Below, piece after piece: positions 1 through 8,700 of a DNA stretch of 33,432 nt. Source of the DNA: Bacteroidota bacterium. GTDB lineage: Bacteria > Bacteroidota > Bacteroidia > Flavobacteriales > Schleiferiaceae. The DNA lies in NCBI GenBank assembly GCA_039805405.1, contig JBDLUG010000001.1, forward strand, positions 1 through 33,432. The letters are read 5' to 3'. Position numbers and translations under genes: made by a program. Every line of letters begins with the position of its first letter. Within the stretch, counting starts at the first letter, position 1. The notes under the pieces are model-generated. The model had not been told where the DNA came from. It saw only the letters and a program-made list of their open reading frames with translations, and made no database searches.

Positions 1-74
1 ACCAAAGCCAGCACTACGTGCTGGTCTATGGGCCTAATGGTCGCGTCAGCGCGAAGCACTGGGCTGCTCAGTAA
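1..74 (+). CDS. 3' end of an unidentified CDS (partial, continues left of window)
   Basis: Frame 3 is open from the window edge to TAA 72-74 (..QSQHYVLVYGPNGRVSAKHWAAQ*). Third codon positions are GC-rich like neighbouring genes. A hairpin plus T-tract terminator follows 27 nt later. Product not recognisable. Confidence 0.3.
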   Translation, partial: QSQHYVLVYGPNGRVSAKHWAAQ

Positions 75-100
75 CCTGAGTCATTTTGTTTGTTTGGCAG

Positions 101-131
101 AGCCCGGCCTTTTGGTCGGGTTTTGTTTTTT
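101..131 (+). terminator. Rho-independent terminator candidate
   Basis: Stem CCCGGCC (103-109), loop TTTT, stem GGTCGGG (114-120, one G-U pair), then T-tract TTTTGTTTTTT (121-131). Confidence 0.55.
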
Positions 132-354
132 GGCGAGGTTGGCTCGTTGGCTTTCTATAGTTGGTTTCTGGTTACTTGTGCCGAGAAGCAACGTTTCCCA
201 AGCACCAGAAACAAGCAACGAAAAAACACAGCACCTCGGCGCAAACCTCTACTGCCGTTCGGTTATAACCGGATTTTACTTTTTCTCAAAAATCTTGAAA
301 CAGCTATATCCCACAAAACCATATTATTACGACTATAATCCGTTTGAGAAAATT

Positions 355-422
355 TAGCCGCGGAGCGGCGCTAGCCGCGGAGCGGGATTAGCCGCGCAGC
401 GGCGCTAGCGCGCAGCGCAAAA
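355..422 (+). repeat. 17-bp tandem repeat, 4 degenerate copies
   Basis: TAGCCGCGGAGCGGCGC (355-371), TAGCCGCGGAGCGGGAT (372-388), TAGCCGCGCAGCGGCGC (389-405), TAGCGCGCAGCGCAAAA (406-422). Copies are contiguous with no spacers. Confidence 0.8.
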
Positions 423-454
423 AGCCAACGAGCCAACGAGCCAACGAGCCAACC
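423..454 (+). repeat. 8-bp tandem repeat AGCCAACG x3 plus AGCCAACC
   Basis: Read directly: units at 423-430, 431-438, 439-446 and 447-454. The last two units form the right arm of the 20-bp inverted repeat. Confidence 0.85.
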
Positions 455-481
455 TCGCTGATAAGCCAAGCAACTATTCAT

Positions 482-489
482 TATCTTCG
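482..489 (+). promoter_or_regulatory. -7-like promoter element TATCTTCG, 5 nt upstream of ATG 495
   Basis: Near match to the Bacteroidetes TAnnTTTG element. Same motif-to-start spacing recurs at other genes in this window. Confidence 0.3.
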
Positions 490-494
490 CCCCC

Positions 495-1157
495 ATGCGT
501 ACCGTATACCTCATTGCCGCCCTGGCCCTTGGTGCTTCAGCTTTTGCACAGCGATCGTTTCACGCCGTAAACCTTCGCGGAGGATTCGGAAGCTCGACTT
601 ATGCCGGCGACTTTAATGGGGGCTCGTTTGCAGCCGCAGCCAGTGAGGCGCGCGGACATGGCGCAGCAAGCATTGGATTCCAATTCACCTCAAAGTGGGA
701 ATGGAATGTAGGGCTCGCCTACGGAAGCATCTATGCGCTGTCAACCGAAGGCGTGAACGGATTTACGGGGATTGACGTGCGATCCACCTACCTGCAGCCG
801 AGCATTCGGATCCAAAATTACTCAGTGCCCTTTGGTCGGTACTGGAAGAAGAACGCCACCGCACCCTACTGGTTTGCCCAGCTATCGAGTGTGATCAGCC
901 AGTCGAAGTACAACACGAGTGTTCCGTACCCCGGAGACACCGAGTTTCACGAGGGGAGCAACTACAGCCCAGGTCTAGGTGGCGGAATCGGCGTTGTACA
1001 CCGCATGAGCGAGCACTGGTCGTGGTTTATTGAGGCCAGCGCCAACGCCGTAACGGGCGACCAACTCGAAGGATTTACGCGCCCCAACCAAGAGGGCGCC
1101 GACGCGCTGGTGCAGCTCCGGGTGGGGGCCCACTACTCCATCTACACCTGGGACTGA
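495..1157 (+). CDS. Outer-membrane beta-barrel protein (porin/OmpA-like barrel family), secreted
   Basis: N-terminal signal peptide MRTVYLIAALALGASAFAQ. Gly/Tyr/Ser-rich alternating pattern typical of small OM beta-barrels, with an aromatic-rich C-terminus. GC3-rich codon usage. Confidence 0.65.
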   Translation: MRTVYLIAALALGASAFAQRSFHAVNLRGGFGSSTYAGDFNGGSFAAAASEARGHGAASIGFQFTSKWEWNVGLAYGSIYALSTEGVNGFTGIDVRSTYLQPSIRIQNYSVPFGRYWKKNATAPYWFAQLSSVISQSKYNTSVPYPGDTEFHEGSNYSPGLGGGIGVVHRMSEHWSWFIEASANAVTGDQLEGFTRPNQEGADALVQLRVGAHYSIYTWD

Positions 1158-2917
1158 GCCGCTTCGAGCTCTTCGAGCACGGGCTTTAGCGTGTCCTGAG
1201 GCAAGTCGCTGACGTCCATATACATAAGGGCGTCTACGGTATTGAATTCCGGATCGCGGTTAAACGCGATGACCTTGGCGTTCTGACCCACATACTTTTT
1301 GATCAGCACAGGAAAGCGCAGATTGTGCGGCTCAATATCTGCAATAAGTCGGTCAAAACGCTGCATATCAGCGGGCTCGCTGTGCGCAATCAGTTCGCGG
1401 TCGCGTGGCCTGAGCCGAAGGCGGAACCTCTTTCGCGGCAAGATGAAGCGCGCCCAGTAGGCATCCCTGAAGTGGCGGTTTAAGAATCCGAGCATCACCG
1501 CCTGGCTATGGCGTGAATAGCTATTGGAGACCGACACGGAACCCACCACATAACGCAGCTGGCCGGGATAGCGAAGCAGGACGTGCACGATTCCCTTCCA
1601 GAGAAGGTAGAGCGGCATGGGCTTCAGTTGGGCCTCGGGAACAACGAATGCACGGCCCATTTCAAGCGATTGGGCAAAAAACGGATGGGCCTCGCGGCGA
1701 ATTCTGAAAAACCGACTGAGGTAAAAGGCACGGATTCCGCCCTGGTAGAGTTCAAACCCCAAGCCCAGGCGGTAGGCGCCCCAGATCGCCTGCTCGGACT
1801 CGTTCCAAAGGACGAGATGGTAGTACGTCGTATCAAATCGGTCCAGGTCGCGTGCCAAACCGCTTCCCTCGCCGACGCCCCGAAAGGTGATTTCGCGAAG
1901 ACGCCCCAGTTCCTGAACCACGGCAGGAATCGCATCGCCCTTTGCGAGGTACACCACGAGGTCGCGGTGCCGGGTGAGCAACGCATCGGCGGGTAGCGCC
2001 GCGAGTTCAGCGGTGAGCGCTGGCACAGAACCCGACGGCGCAATTGGCTCGAGGCGCCGCAGGGTGAACAGCTTGAACTTCCAGCGGCGGGCCTTCGTGG
2101 GCTTAACCGTGCGCAACTGTCGGCGGCGTTGGCGCACGGCATCGGCGAATTCTTGGGCTGACTGTGCAGGCTCGGGCTTGAGCGGCTTGCCCCAGCGCAA
2201 ATCGATGCTGAAGAACCAGCGTGGCCGCACCGCTTCGGACGGCAAAAGAACCGTGCGCACCCAGGATCCCAGAAGGCCAAGCACATAGAAGTACCACGAG
2301 AGCGAGGCCCGAACGTCGACCGGCATCACGGGTGCGGCGACTTCGCGCAAAAAACGCTGACTCGCGCGGGGCCAAGGGCGGTCGTGCACGCCCCAACGGG
2401 CGAGCGACCACGCAGACACTTCGCCGGCGGGAAAAAGGATCAGGGCTCCGCCCTCTTCGACCCACTGCTTGGCCTCGAGGAGTCCGCGGCCCGAAGCCAC
2501 GGGGTTGCGGTGCTCGCCCTCAAACGGAACGACGCCAATCAGATAGGGCTTCAAGGGCTCGATGCGCTCGAGCAACGCGTTGCCCACCAAGCGCACGTCA
2601 GGACGAACCGCAGCAATTGTGTGCAGCAAGGCAAGGCCGTCCATGGCCCCGAGGGGGTGGTTGGCGGCGAACACCACGCCTCCCGATCGCGGAATCCGGT
2701 CGAGGTCGTTGGGAAAGTAGCGGAGTTTGATTCCGCGCGAAGCCAGCAACGCACGCGCAAATTCAGGGCCCTGGCGGTCGGCGTATCGGGCATAGACACG
2801 GTTGAGTCGGTGCCAGCCCAGCACGGCAAACAGCAGCCAAAGCAGCGGGCGCGCCGCAGGCGGCCAGCCCAAGAAGCCGCGTACTTCGTCAATAGAAATC
2901 AGCGGCTCATTCTTCAT
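1142..2917 (-). CDS. Bifunctional acyltransferase, OlsF-like (N-terminal PlsC-type O-acyltransferase plus C-terminal OlsB/hemolysin-like GNAT N-acyltransferase)
   Basis: N-terminal half has lysophospholipid-acyltransferase motifs (FAANHPLGAMDG, FPAGEVS). C-terminal half resembles the OlsB-type N-acyltransferase domain (LREITFRGVGEGSG..YYHLVLW). Length (591 aa) and domain order match the OlsF aminolipid synthases described in Serratia and Flavobacterium. Confidence 0.7.
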   Translation of the reverse strand: MKNEPLISIDEVRGFLGWPPAARPLLWLLFAVLGWHRLNRVYARYADRQGPEFARALLASRGIKLRYFPNDLDRIPRSGGVVFAANHPLGAMDGLALLHTIAAVRPDVRLVGNALLERIEPLKPYLIGVVPFEGEHRNPVASGRGLLEAKQWVEEGGALILFPAGEVSAWSLARWGVHDRPWPRASQRFLREVAAPVMPVDVRASLSWYFYVLGLLGSWVRTVLLPSEAVRPRWFFSIDLRWGKPLKPEPAQSAQEFADAVRQRRRQLRTVKPTKARRWKFKLFTLRRLEPIAPSGSVPALTAELAALPADALLTRHRDLVVYLAKGDAIPAVVQELGRLREITFRGVGEGSGLARDLDRFDTTYYHLVLWNESEQAIWGAYRLGLGFELYQGGIRAFYLSRFFRIRREAHPFFAQSLEMGRAFVVPEAQLKPMPLYLLWKGIVHVLLRYPGQLRYVVGSVSVSNSYSRHSQAVMLGFLNRHFRDAYWARFILPRKRFRLRLRPRDRELIAHSEPADMQRFDRLIADIEPHNLRFPVLIKKYVGQNAKVIAFNRDPEFNTVDALMYMDVSDLPQDTLKPVLEELEAAQSQV

Positions 2918-2921
2918 CGGG

Positions 2922-2929
2922 CAAAGTTA
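2922..2929 (-). promoter_or_regulatory. -7 promoter element TAACTTTG (minus strand), 4 nt upstream of ATG 2917
   Basis: Perfect TAnnTTTG. Its TAA doubles as the lysC stop codon. Confidence 0.4.
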
Positions 2930-4186
2930 GTTCGGTGCCGTGAGCACCTGGGCAACTTCATGATTTCGTAACACCATGCGCAACGGACCTCCGGCGAGCA
3001 GCGTAGCCAAGGATTCGGTGTCGGGGCGGCGCACCGTAGTTAGCCTAAGGCCGTGTTCGGCAGTGGCGCGGTAGGGGCCGTTGAGGCGTTCGAGGGCGCG
3101 CGGAACCGCTACGCGGTCGTCGTTTACGGCAAACCGGGTCGACAGGGCGGTGTGCTGGGCGGCGCGTACCAAAAGGCCCTCTTCGGCAAAAATTCGGTAG
3201 ACCTCGCTGAGGTGGCCCTCTGACAAAAAGCTCAGGTCACGGCTCGAAACCTCAATCAACACTTGGCCTTCGTGGCGAATCCAGCACGGAACCTCGGGGG
3301 TCAGCGCGGCAAACGGGCCCACTTCGGTTCCGGGGGCCTCGGGGTCGATAAAGGACCTGATGCGCAGGGTGGTTCCGCCCTGTTCAAGCGGCTGAATAGT
3401 CTTGGGGTGAATGATGCTGGCCCCATAAAAGGCCAACTCGATGGCCTCGCGGTACGGAACCTGTTCAAGGCGAACCACCGACGGAAAAACTTTGGGGTCG
3501 CCGCTGAGCATACCCGGAACGTCCTTCCAAATACTCAGACTGCTCGCCTTGAGCACGTTGGCAAAGATGGCAGCGCTGTAGTCGGACCCCTCTCGGCCCA
3601 ACGTTGTGGTGGTTCCGTCGGGGGCCGCACCAATGAAGCCTTGAGTGACCGTAACCGCAGCAGGCTGGGCGAGGGCCGCAATGGTCCGTGCGGATGTTTG
3701 CTCCCAGTCCACTGTGGCGCGGCGGTAGACCGCGTCGGTGGCGAGCACTTGGCGGGCGTCGAGCCATGCAGCGTCTTGGCCGTCGGCCTTGAGGGCCGCC
3801 GTAAGAATTCGCGACGAAGCCAGTTCGCCGAGCGAAACGACCGCATCGTAGCGCGGGTTGTAGGCTTGCAGCGAATCCACGCGCTCTGCAGCGGCCCAGA
3901 GGTCGTCGAGCTGGGCCTGCAGCTCGGCGTCAAGTAGCCCTAGGTCACGCGCCATGTGGTCGTGAAAGGCTTTGATGGCGGCCAGCTCGGCCGCCGCCCC
4001 GGTGGTGTCGCCAAGCTCGCGTGCCTGTATGTAGCGCTCGAGGGCGTTGGTGGTTTTGCCCATTGCCGAAACGACGACAAGCAGCGGATGGGTTCCGTAT
4101 GCGCGCACCAAGCGCACTGCGTTGTGCAGAGCTTCGGGATCTTTAACCGAGGCACCGCCAAACTTAAAAACAGACCAGTTACTCAC
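2927..4186 (-). CDS. lysC: Aspartate kinase
   Basis: N-terminal FKFGGASV..VVVSAMGKTTN kinase signature, length 419 aa, C-terminal ACT-type regulatory region. GTG start overlaps the upstream GNAT stop by 4 nt. Confidence 0.9.
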   Translation of the reverse strand: MSNWSVFKFGGASVKDPEALHNAVRLVRAYGTHPLLVVVSAMGKTTNALERYIQARELGDTTGAAAELAAIKAFHDHMARDLGLLDAELQAQLDDLWAAAERVDSLQAYNPRYDAVVSLGELASSRILTAALKADGQDAAWLDARQVLATDAVYRRATVDWEQTSARTIAALAQPAAVTVTQGFIGAAPDGTTTTLGREGSDYSAAIFANVLKASSLSIWKDVPGMLSGDPKVFPSVVRLEQVPYREAIELAFYGASIIHPKTIQPLEQGGTTLRIRSFIDPEAPGTEVGPFAALTPEVPCWIRHEGQVLIEVSSRDLSFLSEGHLSEVYRIFAEEGLLVRAAQHTALSTRFAVNDDRVAVPRALERLNGPYRATAEHGLRLTTVRRPDTESLATLLAGGPLRMVLRNHEVAQVLTAPN

Positions 4187-4686
4187 AGCTTAGGGGGATA
4201 ACGTAGCGAAAAATAAGTCAAGGCATCGCCCGCGAGGCGGCAAGGAATCCAGTCGCGGTTGAGGTCGGCACCCAGCCCCTCATAAAAGTCGATCGCGGGC
4301 TGGTTCCAGTCGAGGACCTCCCAGTGGAGGCGCTGGGCCCCAATGGATTGCGCCCAGACCACCGCAACTTCGAGCAGACGGCGGCCGAGTCCTTGGCCGC
4401 GGTAGGTTTCGAGCACCACCAGGTCCTCTAGGTGGGCCGTCAGGCCCTTCCAGGTAGAGTAGCGGCGGTGGCACAGCACCAGTCCGACGGCCTCTCCGTG
4501 CGGGTTCCAGGCCAACCAGGCCTCAAAGTGACCGGCCTCTAGGTCGGCGACCATCTGCGATTCCGTCAGGGTGACTTCGTGGGGAGCCCGTTCGAATTCC
4601 GCCAAAATGCGCACGAGTCCAAGCACCGCGGGCACGTCAGCCGCAGTGGCTTTGCGAATCATAATTTCCACGGAATGGGCCTCCAC
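4183..4686 (-). CDS. GNAT family N-acetyltransferase, diamine/spermidine acetyltransferase (SSAT)-like
   Basis: [43 protein letters not shown] is the SSAT-like GNAT pattern with the acetyl-CoA motif R/Q-x-x-G-x-G. GTG 4686 is preferred over ATG 4662 because a -7-like motif lies 4 nt upstream of it. Confidence 0.85.
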   Translation of the reverse strand: MEAHSVEIMIRKATAADVPAVLGLVRILAEFERAPHEVTLTESQMVADLEAGHFEAWLAWNPHGEAVGLVLCHRRYSTWKGLTAHLEDLVVLETYRGQGLGRRLLEVAVVWAQSIGAQRLHWEVLDWNQPAIDFYEGLGADLNRDWIPCRLAGDALTYFSLRYPPKL

Positions 4687-4690
4687 TCAG

Positions 4691-4698
4691 CGAAAGTA
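4691..4698 (-). promoter_or_regulatory. -7-like promoter element TACTTTCG (minus strand), 4 nt upstream of GTG 4686
   Basis: Read on the minus strand as TACTTTCG-ctga-GTG. Would drive the GNAT-lysC-acyltransferase operon. Confidence 0.3.
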
Positions 4699-4710
4699 CA
4701 GCGATTCCGC

Positions 4711-4718
4711 TATCTTTA
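4711..4718 (+). promoter_or_regulatory. -7-like promoter element TATCTTTA, 23 nt upstream of fbp ATG
   Basis: Near match to TAnnTTTG in the 55-nt divergent intergenic region. Confidence 0.3.
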
Positions 4719-4741
4719 CCGCAACCCCTGATAACCACGCT

Positions 4742-5749
4742 ATGAGTGCAGCACGCGCTATTACGCTGGGCGAGTACTTGGTCGAAAACCAAGAAATGTT
4801 TCCCTATGCCAAAGGGGAGCTGACCGCCCTTCTTTCGGCCATTCGCCTGGCCGCCAAAGTCGTCAACCGCGAAATTAATAAGGCCGGCATCGCCGACATC
4901 CTCGGAGCCACCGACGACGACAACGTGCAGGGCGAGCGCCAGATGAAGCTCGATGTATACGCTAACGACGTGTTTATCAAAGCCTTGCGACAGCGCGGCG
5001 AAGTGGCCGGAGTCGCCTCTGAAGAGCTCGAAGACTTTATCGCCTTTACCGACCCCATTCACGCCAACGCCAAGTACATCGTGGCCATGGACCCGCTGGA
5101 CGGATCGAGCAACGTCGACGTCAACGTGTCGATCGGAACCATTTTTAGCATTTACCGCAGGGTCACTCCGGTCGGAACCCCCGTGCAGCTCGAGGACTTC
5201 CTGCAGCCCGGCAGCTCCCAGGTCGCCGCGGGATACGTGATCTATGGGTCGTCGACGATCTTGGTCTATACAACCGGCCACGGCGTGCACGGATTCACGC
5301 TTGACCCGTCACTCGGCACATTTTTGCTGAGCCACGAGTCGATTCGCATGCCCGAACGCGGCGTAATCTATTCGATCAACGAGGGCAACTACGTACACTT
5401 CCCCGACGGCGTCAAGCGCTACATCAAGTACTGCCAGGAGCTCGACCCGGCCACCGACAGGCCATACACTTCGCGCTACATCGGGTCGCTCGTGAGCGAC
5501 TTTCACCGCAACATGCTCAAAGGCGGAATCTACATCTACCCCACCGGCACCAAGAGTCCGAAGGGCAAGCTGCGCCTGCTGTACGAATGCAATCCACTCG
5601 CCTTTATCGCTGAGCAAGCTGGAGGCAGGGCGACCGACGGATTTCAGCGAATTTTAGACATTCAGCCTGAGGAACTTCACCAGCGCGTGCCGTACTTTGC
5701 TGGCTCCACCGCGATGGTCCTCGAAGCCGAGGGATTTCTTCGCGGCTGA
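4742..5749 (+). CDS. fbp: Fructose-1,6-bisphosphatase class 1
   Basis: Full-length class I FBPase similarity (ITLGEYL.., [14 protein letters not shown][S/A][24 protein letters not shown]). The ORF-track start 4571 would overlap the GNAT gene, so ATG 4742 ([12 protein letters not shown]) is the sensible start. Confidence 0.92.
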   Translation: MSAARAITLGEYLVENQEMFPYAKGELTALLSAIRLAAKVVNREINKAGIADILGATDDDNVQGERQMKLDVYANDVFIKALRQRGEVAGVASEELEDFIAFTDPIHANAKYIVAMDPLDGSSNVDVNVSIGTIFSIYRRVTPVGTPVQLEDFLQPGSSQVAAGYVIYGSSTILVYTTGHGVHGFTLDPSLGTFLLSHESIRMPERGVIYSINEGNYVHFPDGVKRYIKYCQELDPATDRPYTSRYIGSLVSDFHRNMLKGGIYIYPTGTKSPKGKLRLLYECNPLAFIAEQAGGRATDGFQRILDIQPEELHQRVPYFAGSTAMVLEAEGFLRG

Positions 5750-5757
5750 AGCTATTT

Positions 5758-8700
5758 GTGCCCGAACCAAGTTCCCTCTTAAGCATTTACCGCAGCGACC
5801 GACGGGTTGCGGATTTTTTACGCCGTTGGACCGCCGCCGCGCCCGGAAGCCCCGAAGCCCTGTCAGGGGCCGCTGGGTCACTACCCGCCGTAGTTGCCGC
5901 TTCGGCCCTGCTTGAGCTCAAGCGCCCCATAGTAGTCGTTCGCAGCGACAAAGAAGAGGCGGCCTATTTTTTTAACGACCTCGAGAAGTTGCTGCCCTTG
6001 GGCTCGGTACTGTTTTTTCCGGATTCGTACCGCCGACCCTATGCCGACCGCGACCAGACCGACAACGCCAACATCGGCCTGCGCGCCGAGGTGCTGGATC
6101 GGCTGCGCGGAACCCAACCCGTCGCGGTAGTCACCTACCCTGAGGCCTTGGCCGAAAAAGTCATTACCCGAAGCCAGCTCGACGCGCGAAGCATGGAAGT
6201 GGCCGTAGGCGCGCGCCTCGACGTAAACTTTTTGAACGAATACCTCTTTGAACTGCACTTTGAGCGGGTCGATTTTGTCGAAAAGCCCGGTCAGTTTGCT
6301 GTTCGGGGCGGAATCGTCGACGTATTCTCATTTGCCCATCCAGAGCCGCACCGGCTGGAGTTTTTTGGTTCTGAGGTAGAGAGCATTCGCACGTTTGACG
6401 TGGTCGACCAGCTGACGCTGCAGCACGTGCAGCGAATGACGCTGGTTCCGAACGTCGAAGACAAAACCAGCACCGAACGCCGGGAATCGCTCACGGCCTA
6501 TGCCGGACCCTCAGCCCTGATTTGGGTCGAACGGCCCGAGGTCGCCCTCGAAAAACTCGAGCGGGTGTACCGATTGGCCGAGGAAGCGTTTGTAGGCTTG
6601 CACACTGTGGTGCGCCGCCTGGAACCCCACGAACTCTACGTTCGAAGTTCTGAATGGGAACGGGAACTGAGCACGCGCGGCCATGCGGTGGACGGGCACC
6701 CTGGAGATTCCGCCTCATGGAAAACCCTGGCCCAGCCTGCATTTGCCAAAAATTTCAATCTGCTTGTGGAAACGCTTGACGCCCACCGAACGGCGCAGCG
6801 CGGACTTTGGATTATGTGCGGCCAAGAGAGCCAGCGCGAACGGCTGAAAGCGATTGTGGCCGACGTGCACCGAGGCGAAGAACTGCACATCAACTGGATC
6901 GACGGGGCCCTGCACCGCGGCTGGGAAGATTCCGAGGCCGGCCTGGTGGCGTACGTGGACCACGACCTATTTGAACGCTACCAAAGGTTTACCATCAGAG
7001 ACCAGCACGAACAGGCCCAAGCCCTTACGCTCAAGGAACTGAACGGACTTCAAGTGGGAGACTTCGTCGCCCACATTGACCACGGAATCGGCAAATTTGG
7101 CGGCCTTCAAAAAATTGACGTCGGCGGAGTCACGCAAGAAGCCATCAAGCTCGTGTACCGCGACAGCGACGTGCTCTACGTCAGCATTCACAGCCTGCAC
7201 AAGATTGCGCCCTATGCGACCAAAGAGGGCACGGAACCCTCGCTGAGTAAGTTGGGGTCGCCTGCGTGGCAGAACGCCAAGAGCAAGACCAAGCGCCGCG
7301 TCAAAGAGGTGGCATTTGACCTGATCAAGCTGTACGCCAAGCGGCGCGAAGCCAAGGGTTTCGCCTACAGCCCCGACAGCTACCTGCAGCACGAGCTCGA
7401 GGCCTCGTTTGCTTACGAGGACACTCCCGACCAAATGAAGGCCAACGCCGACGTCAAGGCCGACATGGAATCGCCGATTCCGATGGACCGACTCATTTGC
7501 GGCGACGTGGGCTTCGGAAAAACCGAAATCGCCGTGCGGGCCGCATTTAAGGCCGTTGCAGACAGCAAGCAGGTTGCGGTTTTGGTTCCGACGACCCTGC
7601 TGGCCTTTCAGCACTTTCGCACCTTTAGTAAGCGACTGAACGGATTACCGGCCCGCGTGGACTACCTCAACCGGTCGCGCACCGCCAAAGAAACCAAAGC
7701 GGTGCTCGCTGACCTCGAGGCCGGAAGAATCGACGTCCTCATTGGCACCCACCGAATCCTTGGCAAGGACCTAAATTTCAAGAATTTGGGCCTCATGATC
7801 ATCGACGAAGAGCAGAAGTTCGGCGTCAACGCCAAAGACAAGCTCAAAACCCTCAAGGCAAACGTCGACACCCTGACTTTGTCGGCCACGCCGATTCCGC
7901 GCACCCTGCAGTTTTCGCTCATGTCGGCGCGCGACCTGAGCGTCATGACGACTCCGCCACCCAACCGCCAGCCGGTGGACACCTACCTGATTGGCTTCAA
8001 CGAAGAGCGCCTTCGCGACGCCATCGCCTACGAAATCAGCCGTGGCGGCCAGGTCTACGTCATCAGCAACCGCATTCAAAACCTCAGTGAAGTTGCCGGA
8101 ATGCTGCAACGGCTGGTGCCCGACGCCCGAATTGCCACCGGCCACGGCCAAATGAACGGCCACGAGATGGAGGAGCTGATTCTCGGGTTCATGGAGGCGC
8201 GGTTCGACGTGCTCGTCAGCACCACCATCGTCGAAAACGGCCTTGACGTGCCCAACGCCAACACCATCATCATCCTCGACGCCCACATGTTTGGCCTGAG
8301 CGACCTGCACCAGATGCGCGGACGCGTCGGCCGCAGCAACCGCAAGGCGTTTTGCTACCTGGTTTCGCCTCCCCTCGGCGGATTGCCCGAAGAATCGCGT
8401 AAACGTTTGCAAGCGCTGGAGCAGTTCAGCGACCTGGGCTCCGGATTCAAAATCGCCCTGCGCGACCTCGAAATTCGCGGCGCGGGCGACCTTTTGGGTG
8501 CCGAACAGAGCGGATTCATCAACGACCTAGGCTTTGAAACCTACCAAAAGCTGCTTGCCGAGGCCGTAGAGGAACTCAAAAAATCGGACTTCAAGGACCT
8601 GTACGAAGACCAGCGCGGCGGGTGGTCAGCAACCCGCGAATGCCAGCTCGACACCGACTGGGAACTGCTGCTGCCCGACGCCTACGTGAATTCAGTCGAG

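Larger units (their letters stand above)
133..458. repeat. Perfect 20-bp inverted repeat (arms 133-152 and 439-458) bounding a 326-bp noncoding segment
   Basis: GCGAGGTTGGCTCGTTGGCT (133-152) is the exact reverse complement of AGCCAACGAGCCAACCTCGC (439-458). The interior holds a 9-bp stem (164-172/204-212), a 12-bp palindrome CGGTTATAACCG (260-271), an AT-rich core (about 272-354) and tandem repeats. Confidence 0.6.

Noticed and set aside
1-100. Possible 3' end of a structured RNA gene (window begins ACCA, hairpin CCAGCAC-TACG-TGCTGG at 8-25)
   Set aside because: Too little sequence to recognise tRNA, tmRNA or RNase P features. An open, GC3-rich reading frame ending at 74 followed by a terminator is the simpler reading. 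This remains unresolved rather than disproved.
28-357. 109-aa ORF (and nested 90-338 ORF) across the left-end noncoding region
   Set aside because: It runs through a terminator hairpin, T-tracts and an AT-rich low-complexity segment. The predicted protein is Leu/Phe/Ser-rich nonsense with no host-like codon bias. The region is better explained as noncoding.
272-422. Replication-origin-like layout (AT-rich stretch next to iteron-like direct repeats)
   Set aside because: I found no convincing DnaA boxes (nearest is TATCCCACA-like at about 307-316 with mismatches), no dnaA/dnaN or rep gene nearby, and the context is ordinary chromosomal genes. It is kept only as a minor alternative within the repeat finding.
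355-454. Possible CRISPR array
   Set aside because: The repeats are only 17 and 8 bp, directly contiguous with no spacers, and no cas genes are present.
4571-4741. 57-codon N-terminal extension of the fbp ORF
   Set aside because: It would overlap the GNAT gene on the opposite strand and adds Ser/Thr/Ala-rich sequence absent from class I FBPases. ATG 4742 gives the canonical N-terminus.
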